DNA of 64,000 nucleotides from a virus. Taxonomy: Duplodnaviria > Caudoviricetes. The stretch spans positions 128,001 to 192,000 of IMG/VR virus record IMGVR_UViG_3300049988_000245; one strand, 5' to 3'. The notes beneath the pieces were generated by a model, which saw nothing but the letters and a program-made list of their open reading frames with translations, was not told the DNA's origin and made no database searches. A program made the position numbers and the translations under genes. Positions 8,350 through 16,199 of the stretch are shown one piece after another (position 1 is the first letter of the stretch; each line of letters begins with the position of its first letter).

Positions 8350-9042
8350 ACTGAGAGGCCGAGCTACGCTCAGCCTGCTGTGTGCTTGCTTGTTCACTGA
8401 CGTTCACTTCGCTTCACCACAGCGAAATATCTTAAAGATCATTCATCCTTGATCTCGAAAGATCATCGCTTTATTCTCCCCCTCCACTTGAGACATAATG
8501 GTTTCAAGAAACAATTATCACTCAAGTGGAAGAGAAGATGGTTCGGTTGTCTCGATGAGTCAATCGTTCAACAAGCCACGTAGCTGATTCTACTCAGCGC
8601 AGGCGGTTACCCGGTACCTGCTTTGCAGCCCAATCTCGGCATGATTCCTTCTGAAACTGATGTAGGGAGGGTCCACGCATGTGCTCATCGAGCCCTTTCA
8701 TGCCTGGGTCTTGCCATCCAGCGAATCTGTTTTATCTGCCTAACGGTCGTTGCTTTTGCAACACTCACACCACCAGACTGTTGAAGCATCGGTGGTGCGC
8801 AGGAACGGGCCAAAGGTCGTCGAAGGCACACGTTTCCTGTCATTTTAGGTGCGTTTTGCGAAAATCCCTTGGGATTCGCCGAGCCGCCGTTTTCGTCGCC
8901 CGAGGGGCGCATCGATCCGTCTCGTGGGCCGTCTTTGCCGAGGGTCCGGTCTACAGGTCGATGACCCTCAGTTCCCGGATGCCAGTTTGTGGGCGGAGCA
9001 ACCCGATGACGCAGGCTCCTAGACGTATGCTTGGTTCAAGAT
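8350..9042 (-). ncRNA. Candidate large structured non-coding RNA (class unknown)
   Basis: No convincing ORF; TAAATA promoter at 9053-9048; many helices (8474-8536, 8599-8621, 8749-8762, 8858-8879, 8940-8969). Confidence 0.55.
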
Positions 9043-9073
9043 GGTTATATTTATCGTTCATCGTTTTCAATAT

Positions 9074-9090
9074 ATTTCGTTGAACCAAAA
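9074..9090. promoter_or_regulatory. Palindromic operator-like site
   Basis: ATTTCGT-TGA-ACCAAAA between the ncRNA promoter and the HAD gene. Confidence 0.5.
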
Positions 9091-9114
9091 ATGAATTTCT
9101 GCTATTGCCCCATC

Positions 9115-9609
9115 ATGTGTGATCTCCTTTCGCTCCCCAAGCTCGACCATCCTCTGCTCGATCCTCACGCGATCATCGCCTGGGATATGGACGGGACGCT
9201 CATCGACGGTCCGAACGCGAAGTTTTTTCGCGCGTACATTCTCGCTCATCCCGAGAAGCAACATCACATTGTCACGTTCCGGACCGGACCGGCTCTGCGA
9301 ATCACTGAGGTGGAGATGTGGAAGGACGAGTGCGTGTACGAGTTGTTCCACCTCGGCGTCCCCCATGGGACGATCAAGCAGACTCACTCGATGCCCGACC
9401 ACCTCTATCACGCCTGGGCGCAGCGGAAGAGCTTCATCCAAGAGACCGAGGTCGCCGCGTTCCTTGACTGGAAGGGGAAGACCGCCGCAGAGATAGGCGC
9501 CACCGTGATGATCGATGATATGCCCGGAATGGTGAAGAAGGGCTGCGCCAAGTACGGAGTGACGTTCATCGACGCCCATAGTAAACAGTTCGGCTACGAG
9601 GGCGAATGA
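9115..9609 (+). CDS. HAD-superfamily hydrolase/phosphatase
   Basis: Motif I WDMDGTL and motif IV MIDD; start could be 9091 or 9115. Confidence 0.75.
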   Translation: MCDLLSLPKLDHPLLDPHAIIAWDMDGTLIDGPNAKFFRAYILAHPEKQHHIVTFRTGPALRITEVEMWKDECVYELFHLGVPHGTIKQTHSMPDHLYHAWAQRKSFIQETEVAAFLDWKGKTAAEIGATVMIDDMPGMVKKGCAKYGVTFIDAHSKQFGYEGE

Positions 9610-9836
9610 TGTGGTCGCAGGACGAGGACGAAACTGAGGTTTGGCGCCGGACCGATGGGGCTACGGTGAAACGTATGTCAGGCGCGACGCTGAATCCATA
9701 TTCGGTCCATGACCGGACCGGATGCGCGATGCAAAACTTCTATCCCGGACGCAAACCGGTTCGTAGGATGTTCAAGTCGCCTGAGTTCGCCATGCTCGCG
9801 GCGGACAAGCACTGGCCACTGAAGGTGGACGCATGA
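9606..9836 (+). CDS. Hypothetical protein
   Basis: ATGA overlaps at both ends. Confidence 0.55.
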   Translation: MMWSQDEDETEVWRRTDGATVKRMSGATLNPYSVHDRTGCAMQNFYPGRKPVRRMFKSPEFAMLAADKHWPLKVDA

Positions 9837-10351
9837 GGTTGCTCCGGTACGTCGTCGAGCATCACCGGGCCAAGGGTCTCTGCCCGTATCAGATCGGCTT
9901 CAGGTCGTGGATCACCGACGAGGAGCGGGACGAGATGATTGCCTGGGCTCAGGCGAACTTGTCGGCGAACGCTGATTGGCACCCGCGCGCACATACGTGG
10001 CACTTCCCCACAGAGGAAGAGCTAAACGCGTTCATCGCGCATCGTCGGATGGACACCTGGGAAACGCGGATTCCACAGTGCATATGGGATGATGCCCCGT
10101 TCGAAGTGGCTGGATGGGTGACGGTGGACTCCCGAAAGCACCAGCGCCTCGATTTCGAAGAGAATTCTATCGACTGGTTCTGGTGCCGGGTGGACAAATG
10201 GGTCGTCGAGAATTGTCAGAAGCAGGTCATCAATTCGTCGCTCTCTCCGGGTCAGAATCGGGGGCGCGGTGCGCTTCTATCCAACTATGAGTCGCATTTT
10301 GGATTCGAGAGCGCCGAGGAAGCCACGTTGTTTCGAATTCGCTGGAACTAG
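9833..10351 (+). CDS. FKxRW-family protein, probably a tandem double domain (member 10)
   Basis: IAWAQAN ... HFPTEEELNAF, then KWVVENC ... FGFESAEEATLFRIRWN. Confidence 0.65.
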   Translation: MRLLRYVVEHHRAKGLCPYQIGFRSWITDEERDEMIAWAQANLSANADWHPRAHTWHFPTEEELNAFIAHRRMDTWETRIPQCIWDDAPFEVAGWVTVDSRKHQRLDFEENSIDWFWCRVDKWVVENCQKQVINSSLSPGQNRGRGALLSNYESHFGFESAEEATLFRIRWN

Positions 10352-10677
10352 CGCCTCTTTAGGGTGACCCGGTAGGCGCCGCCACCATTGAGGATTTCGA
10401 TCGAGCGAACCCCGTTGGCCCGCTCCATCCAGTGGGGAAACTCCCGGCAGATTGCCCCGGACTTTCCCGTGACGACGACGAAGCTCGCCACCCCGGCCTT
10501 GCGCTTCTCTTCGACCATCCCGAGTGTTCGGGTGTGAGCGGACGCGATCGTGTCCCCGTGGAGGTCGATCGATTCTAGGGGTAAGTATGGCTCCAGCCGT
10601 GGGTCACGGCGAATCTCGCCCTGGCCCAGCGGGGTTATAGAGCGTTTCACATATTCCCAGAGTGAATCTTTCTTCAT
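10348..10677 (-). CDS. Small Smr (MutS2 C-terminal-like) domain protein
   Basis: IDLHG ... VVTGKSG ... GGGAYRV Smr signature. Confidence 0.8.
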   Translation of the reverse strand: MKKDSLWEYVKRSITPLGQGEIRRDPRLEPYLPLESIDLHGDTIASAHTRTLGMVEEKRKAGVASFVVVTGKSGAICREFPHWMERANGVRSIEILNGGGAYRVTLKRR

Positions 10678-10902
10678 GGCTCGATTCGGCTAAAAAATTA
10701 ATCCACTTTACCGAATCTGCTTGCGCGGTCGCAATATCAAATTAGGTTTCTCACCGTACGGCTATGGCGTGAGAGCACGCATGCAGCAATGCATTCATTC
10801 GGCCGTGCAGATTCGAGACCCAAGCTAACCCTGAACGTCTCGTTTCGACCCTCGGTGCCGGTCTTTGTCTGGGTGCCCTTGGATGGGACCGGCACCGTTG
10901 GC

Positions 10903-11148
10903 TCAATACCAACGCAGCTTGAACTCCATCGCCGCGTCTGGATCGGTAAACGCGAATCCCGTCTTCTTCGATCCATACCAGCGACGCGCGAAATCCGTCT
11001 CGAATCGCGATCCGGGCGGGTCCATCGGCCCGAAGCGATCGACCACCCACCCTAGGATGGAAATATATTCGGCGAAGGCTTCCTCTTCGGCCCAAATGAA
11101 CCCGTAGGGATACCCGTGGAGGTTCTGGTGCTCTTTGAATCTTACCAT
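10903..11148 (-). CDS. FKxRW-family small protein (member 11)
   Basis: TAATG overlap; GWVVDRFG ... FAFTDPDAAMEFKLRWY. Confidence 0.7.
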   Translation of the reverse strand: MVRFKEHQNLHGYPYGFIWAEEEAFAEYISILGWVVDRFGPMDPPGSRFETDFARRWYGSKKTGFAFTDPDAAMEFKLRWY

Positions 11149-11426
11149 TAGCACCACCGCATCTTGAAACCGAAAGCATCCTCTGAGTTGGCGAAGTAGA
11201 TGTTATAGGCTAAAGGCCGATAGCGGGTGAAATCCATGCCGTCGTACTGGTTTCTACACCACCACAGGATTTCATCCAGAAAATCTTCCGGATTTCCTAA
11301 GCCTTTATCGGTGAACGCCGTCGTCTTGAGGCGAAACCGGTATGGATAGGCAGTGCCTTCGGCTGTAGCCTCCTCCCACACGCGTATCCCTTCCCACTCC
11401 GGCTTCATCTGACTGATCCGTCGCAT
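11148..11426 (-). CDS. FKxRW-family small protein (member 12)
   Basis: TGATG overlap; WWCRNQ ... YFANSEDAFGFKMRWC. Confidence 0.7.
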   Translation of the reverse strand: MRRISQMKPEWEGIRVWEEATAEGTAYPYRFRLKTTAFTDKGLGNPEDFLDEILWWCRNQYDGMDFTRYRPLAYNIYFANSEDAFGFKMRWC

Positions 11427-11662
11427 CAGGTCCACCGCAGTCGAAATTCCATGATGTCGTCCGGTTGTGTGAGGACGATCGCATAGGGGTAGTAGGCCCA
11501 GCGCTTCGGTACGTCGGTAACCTGCTGGATTTCTTCCGCCTCACCGAATCGCGATATGCACCAGATCACCACGGCGTTGTAACGGACCATATCGGCGGCC
11601 TTGCCGACGAAGTGAACGGTGCCTTCGACTGAATGGTCTATGTGAAATCGAAGATCGTCCAT
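11426..11662 (-). CDS. FKxRW-family small protein (member 13)
   Basis: TGATG overlap; IWCISRFG ... LTQPDDIMEFRLRWT. Confidence 0.7.
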   Translation of the reverse strand: MDDLRFHIDHSVEGTVHFVGKAADMVRYNAVVIWCISRFGEAEEIQQVTDVPKRWAYYPYAIVLTQPDDIMEFRLRWT

Positions 11663-11934
11663 CACCCCTGAGCCCATTTGGCTTGGCCATTTTCGTACAT
11701 GGTAAACCTCTTGCCCCGTAGGAGATCGGTCGTCAGAGCGAACCGACCGTTGACGAGCCGTTCCGTGCCTCCCGAGCAGGCGTAGAGAAGCCCGTCGTTG
11801 GGATTGCGCAGATAGGTGGGGCCGCCGCAGACCATGTCGCGCGCATCCATAGAATGAAATAGCTCCGTCTCTTCGTCCTCGTGCCAGCCCTTGGCCTTGA
11901 GCGCATCGACCTGAGCGAAACGACCATACTCCAT
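11662..11934 (-). CDS. Hypothetical protein heading the leftward array
   Basis: AGGAG SD; start moved to MEYGRF. Confidence 0.55.
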   Translation of the reverse strand: MEYGRFAQVDALKAKGWHEDEETELFHSMDARDMVCGGPTYLRNPNDGLLYACSGGTERLVNGRFALTTDLLRGKRFTMYENGQAKWAQG

Positions 11935-11949
11935 CGGGGATGCTCCTAA

Positions 11950-11966
11950 AATTGGTTCGACGAAAA
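11950..11966. promoter_or_regulatory. Palindromic operator-like site
   Basis: AATTGGT-TCG-ACGAAAA in a divergent intergenic region. Confidence 0.5.
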
Positions 11967-12087
11967 TTATTGCGCGCATGGTTAATGCCCGCTATGGTCC
12001 CTTCATCGAACAGGGGATGTGCCTGACCCTAGTCGAGTGATTAAAATTTTTCCAGGCATTCTTGATTTTTCCAAGGTTACTATTTTC

Positions 12088-12447
12088 ATGTCCGACTCCG
12101 TTGCTGCAACCGAAGCCCGTCGTCCGCGCGCCCCCAAGGGTGGTCGCGTCAAGGAGCGCGCCCGCCGCGTCATCGACACCGCCAGCCTCGCCGACTACCT
12201 CGCCGGTCTCGATCTCGGTGTGAACCCGTCCATCCATGTGAACGGCCACGCCTTCCAGATGGCCCTTGTCACGGTCGATTTCGGCCAGCCCCTCAAGTCG
12301 ATCAAGCTCACCCAGGAGCAGAACGCCGAGTTCACCGATCGCCTTCGCAAGCTCGGTCGCGAAGTCCTCGGCCGTGGCGAGAACGCCGCCGTGCGCGTCT
12401 CCCACGACCTCACCGCTGGTCTGGTTTACTACGTCAGCGCGGTCTAA
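12088..12447 (+). CDS. Hypothetical protein with strongly biased codon usage
   Basis: Start moved to MSDSV; followed by a terminator-like hairpin and T tract. Confidence 0.65.
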   Translation: MSDSVAATEARRPRAPKGGRVKERARRVIDTASLADYLAGLDLGVNPSIHVNGHAFQMALVTVDFGQPLKSIKLTQEQNAEFTDRLRKLGREVLGRGENAAVRVSHDLTAGLVYYVSAV

Positions 12448-12552
12448 CTCGAATCCCCGTGCTCCGAGGGGTTATTCGGGCGGACTCCTCTTTTGTTCCC
12501 ACTTGGGTAACCAACTTGGGCGTCACCTTCGCGGGTGTCGCCCTTTTTCGTG

Positions 12553-13284
12553 TCAGTCGTCGTCCTGGGGAATCGACCGGGGAGGTACCGGGACCCCATA
12601 GTAGGGATCGACCTCCTGCCGATCATACGGGGACGGCTCCCGGCGGGTCTCCGCTCGCACGTATGGGGGCGGAACCCGGCGCGGCTCTTCCAGGCTGAAC
12701 GTCGGGGGCTCTCGGCGCGGCTCCGCTTGAACGGTCCGTCTGGGAACCTCGCCGACCGGCTTAGGCTCGTACAGGGACAGAATTTCGTCCGGACGCTTCA
12801 ACGGCATCGCGCGGACCGTCTCGACCACCCTGGGGTAGCCTAGAGACTCCGCCACGCCTGATCGGCTCGCCACAGACGCCCGACCCATCTCGATCCCGTG
12901 GCAAGCGGTAAAATAGATGGCCGTGAAGTTCGCTGACTTGCGAATCGTCTCCGGTGGATCGGGATTGAACGGCGCGATCATCAGGGCGACCACCTTGCCC
13001 GGACGCTCTGCGATCAGCGTGGGATGGCGCTTCGAGCAGTACACGTAGGATTTTTCCTTCGCCGCTGCCTGCCGTCCTGCGTGGCTGGCCTTGTACATAT
13101 CGATGGAAACCTGTCGAAGCGTCCCATCGGGAATCTCCCGGACCACGCTGTTCTGGGTGATCTGGAACTCGTCGCACCCGTCCTTGTGGCACAGCGCGCG
13201 TACCAGATCGGGGCGCGGTCCTCCCGGCTCCGCATAGGCGTATGAAACTAGCAACACGGATGCTATGGCAGCGACGGCGCGCAT
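12553..13284 (-). CDS. Secreted/periplasmic protein with Cys-containing domain and Pro/Arg-rich tail
   Basis: Signal-peptide-like MRAVAAIASVLLVSYAYA; CHKDGC, YCS, ACHG. Confidence 0.65.
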   Translation of the reverse strand: MRAVAAIASVLLVSYAYAEPGGPRPDLVRALCHKDGCDEFQITQNSVVREIPDGTLRQVSIDMYKASHAGRQAAAKEKSYVYCSKRHPTLIAERPGKVVALMIAPFNPDPPETIRKSANFTAIYFTACHGIEMGRASVASRSGVAESLGYPRVVETVRAMPLKRPDEILSLYEPKPVGEVPRRTVQAEPRREPPTFSLEEPRRVPPPYVRAETRREPSPYDRQEVDPYYGVPVPPRSIPQDDD

Positions 13285-13365
13285 AAAGTTCCCCCTTGGA
13301 ATGACACCCATCCATAGGCAAAAACTTTGCCGAGATCGAGGCGAATCCCGGACACAACGCGACAA

Positions 13366-13371
13366 TAAATA
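13366..13371 (+). promoter_or_regulatory. T4-like late promoter core, 5 nt before ATG
   Basis: TAAATA-CCGTC-ATG(13377). Confidence 0.6.
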
Positions 13372-13376
13372 CCGTC

Positions 13377-14057
13377 ATGCGTTACCAAGAATTTGCCCGA
13401 CCCATTGTGAATGAGATCGAAACGAACGCCCAGATGGGCGATGACGCGTTTATTGATCATCTCCATAAAGATGACTTCAGCGGTCGTCAGTTGGACCTGT
13501 TCAGGGAAATCCCGTCGCTGGAGCCAGACATTCCACCGAACTATAAGTTCGTGGGTCGGCTCGGTGAATTCTTCGTCGCCAAACGGAACAAAGAACGCGG
13601 GAATCCCTACACCAGCTACGTATTCTTCAATCGAGATTCAGCACTCGGATATGTCTCGCTCGCCGCGTATGACCGGTCGGCCTCGCAGTATCCCGCCCAT
13701 GCCCCGGAGGCGCCCGAACTGTCCGGCATCGGACTTCGCATCCATGGGGTGCAAGTACAGCCGAAGTTCCGAGGTCAGGGCCTGGGTTTGAAAATGTACA
13801 AGTGGCTGTTGGAGAACGTCTGCGACTACTTGATGGCCGATGACGTACAGACTCCCGATGGCGTCGCGCTGTGGAAACGCCTCCAGGCGCAATCGAACAT
13901 CTTCACCGTCGAGGTCTGGGACGGTGAGAAGTTCGAATCTCGCTTCCGAAAGCGTGGGCGGGATTTTAATTACGTGTACGACAAATGCCACCTCATCCCA
14001 TGGGTAACGATCCCGTCGAAATACGAAATGGTTATCGAACATCCTGACAACAACTAA
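13377..14057 (+). CDS. GNAT-like acetyltransferase with capsid-targeting-like N-terminus
   Basis: IHGVQVQPKFRGQGLGLKMY acetyl-CoA motif A; QTPDGVALWKRL; N-terminus MRYQEF...VNE. Confidence 0.7.
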   Translation: MRYQEFARPIVNEIETNAQMGDDAFIDHLHKDDFSGRQLDLFREIPSLEPDIPPNYKFVGRLGEFFVAKRNKERGNPYTSYVFFNRDSALGYVSLAAYDRSASQYPAHAPEAPELSGIGLRIHGVQVQPKFRGQGLGLKMYKWLLENVCDYLMADDVQTPDGVALWKRLQAQSNIFTVEVWDGEKFESRFRKRGRDFNYVYDKCHLIPWVTIPSKYEMVIEHPDNN

Positions 14058-14095
14058 GCTGGATTCCCTCGTAGGATTCGTGTACCCCGCAGGGC

Positions 14096-14335
14096 ATGCG
14101 ACACCTCCCTATAATCGGCTCCGTTCTCGTTGGCCTCTCGATCGTCCCCGCGCTCTACCTGGGCCTGCTTTACAGCCGTGGGCAGACCTTTCCGGGGATG
14201 CCTCGCTGGATGGTCCCGGTGAGTCCCACGGGGGTCGTGAGGCTCCCTGATCCGGTCGAATTGGTTGAGCCCATTCAGGTGGCCGTACTGGCGCCCCCGA
14301 AGTCTATTCAGGCACGTGCGGGTAAGCTAAAGTAG
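14096..14335 (+). CDS. Small membrane protein
   Basis: Hydrophobic N-terminal helix. Confidence 0.5.
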   Translation: MRHLPIIGSVLVGLSIVPALYLGLLYSRGQTFPGMPRWMVPVSPTGVVRLPDPVELVEPIQVAVLAPPKSIQARAGKLK

Positions 14336-14359
14336 CCGCTGATCTCTCATGGATATCTC

Positions 14360-14638
14360 ATGGCCGTCGAATCGTGGACGCTGATCTTCTCCCTCCTGTT
14401 CCTCCAGCAGGAGAGCGGTACCCCAGCGAAAATCGAGCACATGCCACCGATCCTGGGAATCGAGTCGGAGAAACTGTGCACGGCGGCCAAGGACGCGATG
14501 ATCGACGCGTATGAGGGCGAGGCGACCGAGCCGATGGCCGACTACGAGCCTCCGAAGGATCAGCCGGACAAGGCTCAGCCGTTGGATGAGCAGTTCCACT
14601 TGATGCGCCCGATCGGGGTCTGCATCAAAGTGAGGTGA
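14360..14638 (+). CDS. Small secreted-type protein with two Cys
   Basis: WTLIFSLLF N-terminus; EKLC ... GVCIKVR. Confidence 0.5.
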   Translation: MAVESWTLIFSLLFLQQESGTPAKIEHMPPILGIESEKLCTAAKDAMIDAYEGEATEPMADYEPPKDQPDKAQPLDEQFHLMRPIGVCIKVR

Positions 14639-15029
14639 TACGCTCCTCGTAATGGAGCTTGCGGTGGCAGTTTGCGCAGAGAACAATGCATTTGGCGATC
14701 TCCCGCATGACACGTTTTCGCGCGGCTCGTGCGATCAGCGTGGCGACTCCGCCATCTTCCTTGTCGCCATTGGGATGGTGAAAATCGAGACAACCGGGGT
14801 GATTTTCTGGACAGCGCTCACATACAAGCGTTGACTTGTATTCGTGAAACCAAATCTTAGTTGTCTTCCTCTGAATAACTCTTTTCTTGAGATAAAAATC
14901 CTTATTTTCGAGGTAATGTTCTCGACGATAGGATTTTTGACAAACTTTACACTTTGATTGATGTCCGTTCCCACGCTTATTAAAGCAGGAAAACTCTTTC
15001 TGTTCTTTACAGTCACTGCATGTTCTCAT
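14625..15029 (-). CDS. HNH endonuclease (homing-type), AT-rich
   Basis: CSDC..CKVC zinc finger, CERC..LDFHH..KCIVLCANCHR; TAAATA 4 nt before ATG. Confidence 0.8.
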   Translation of the reverse strand: MRTCSDCKEQKEFSCFNKRGNGHQSKCKVCQKSYRREHYLENKDFYLKKRVIQRKTTKIWFHEYKSTLVCERCPENHPGCLDFHHPNGDKEDGGVATLIARAARKRVMREIAKCIVLCANCHRKLHYEERITSL

Positions 15030-15061
15030 CCATTATTTATGTTGAGAACAGAACAGATATT

Positions 15062-15139
15062 TGGCGCGTCGTAACGGAGTCGAACCGATATTGCCCTGAG
15101 TGAAGGTCAGGTTTCCTAAGCCAATTAGAAGAACGACGC
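15062..15139 (-). tRNA. tRNA-Glu(UUC) with non-canonical C33
   Basis: Cloverleaf: acceptor GCGTCGT/ACGACGC, G73, encoded CCA; anticodon arm CCTGA-CCTTCAC-TCAGG; one T-stem mismatch. Confidence 0.85.
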
Positions 15140-15169
15140 ATTTCACCCGTCACGGTGAAAACTGGTAAA

Positions 15170-15245
15170 TGGCGCCCCCAGCCGAAGTCGAATCGGCGTC
15201 CCTGCACTGAGAATGCAGTATCCTGGGCCACTAGACGATGGGGGC
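15170..15245 (-). tRNA. tRNA-Glu(CUC)
   Basis: Acceptor GCCCCCA/TGGGGGC, anticodon arm CTGCA-TTCTCAG-TGCAG, TTCGA loop, CCA. Confidence 0.9.
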
Positions 15246-15247
15246 AT

Positions 15248-15322
15248 TGGCGCACACGACGAGGATCGAACTCGCGACAACCGCATCGACAGTGCGGTAC
15301 TCTACCACTGAGCTACGTGTGC
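15248..15322 (-). tRNA. tRNA-Asp(GUC)
   Basis: Acceptor GCACACG/CGTGTGC, anticodon arm CCGCA-CTGTCGA-TGCGG, CCA. Confidence 0.9.
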
Positions 15323-15364
15323 ATCTCGATCCCGTGGGATCAAGAAACTGGTAACCGGTAAGGC

Positions 15365-15400
15365 CAAAGAAAAAGGCCCAACCGGGGTGCGGTGGGCCTT
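15365..15400 (-). terminator. Rho-independent terminator
   Basis: AAGGCCCA...TGGGCCTT hairpin followed by TTTTCTTT on the minus strand. Confidence 0.65.
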
Positions 15401-15464
15401 GGATCAGATCGCTCAGAAGCGCTCAGATGGTCAGGTCACCGCGTTAGCGATGACCCACGAACGG

Positions 15465-15527
15465 TCACCGCTGGAAGGTATCTTCCTCGCGTTCATCAAG
15501 ACGGATGCTGGTGAAGTTCGTGTTCAT
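15465..15527 (-). CDS. 20-aa peptide MNTNFTSIRLDEREEDTFQR (or 5' part of an sRNA)
   Basis: TAAATA-GAATC-ATG leaderless layout and its own terminator downstream. Confidence 0.45.
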   Translation of the reverse strand: MNTNFTSIRLDEREEDTFQR

Positions 15528-15806
15528 GATTCTATTTATGTCAGAGTGCTGAATCGGAGTCAACCAATTTCGTCAAACTTTTTTCACGAGGGGTGTTTGC
15601 CCTCGTAAAGGGCCACCGATCGTAGTGCGACGAGGACGGCCAGATTGACGAACATGACGAGAAGAGATGCCCCGCTGGGGTGCATCATGACGGCAGTGAG
15701 TGAGAACGAGATAAAAATGAGCCAAACCGAGACCCGGTTGGTGATAAGGAATCTCCCCATGGGAGCGCTCCGAGGTTGTCCCGCACCATCTAACGCGGGA
15801 CAATAT

Positions 15807-16199
15807 TTAGCTTGCGAGCACGGCAGCGCGGCGCGCGATAGCGAGGAACGTTCCGTTCTGGCAGGCCGAGGCAAGAAGCCCTTCGACGAACCTTTCTTGG
15901 CGGATCATCGCGGTGATGACCTTCCGGATTTCCTCCTCCGTGGCCACACTGAAGTCGGATTGGACCCGGTCGGCGTCCGCAGTATGAATCCATTCGGGCC
16001 ACGCAAATCCCTTCAGCATCAAGGGGTAGCAGGCATCGAGGAACGCAGACATATCCTTGCCGTGGTCGAACCACGGCATCGTCATGGTGTTCTCGGCGAC
16101 CGTCTCCCCGCCTGCCCACTTCCCGGAGTCAAACGTGCCTGCCTCCAGCGCGGGGATGAAAGCCGCAAGGGCTGCAAAATGCTCTTTCATGGTGCTCAC
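15807..16199 (-). CDS. DUF6508-like protein
   Basis: W..G...MP.F, F.W..W and IRQERFVEG pattern, recognised from memory. Confidence 0.55.
   Translation of the reverse strand: MSTMKEHFAALAAFIPALEAGTFDSGKWAGGETVAENTMTMPWFDHGKDMSAFLDACYPLMLKGFAWPEWIHTADADRVQSDFSVATEEEIRKVITAMIRQERFVEGLLASACQNGTFLAIARRAAVLAS

Noticed and set aside
8350-9042. ORFs 8679-9083 (+), 8685-8912 (-) and 8135-8407 (-); also RNase P, tmRNA or group I intron identity
   Set aside because: ORFs lack an RBS and typical codon bias; the conserved RNase P (GGAAAGUCC), tmRNA termini/tag and group I P7 motifs were not found
10800-10900. Hammerhead or other small ribozyme (CGAAAC present on the minus strand)
   Set aside because: No CUGANGA core on the same strand
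15387-15465. TGA read-through or tmRNA-like tag after the 20-aa peptide
   Set aside because: Read-through adds only about 7 residues; no SECIS-like or tmRNA features are recognisable
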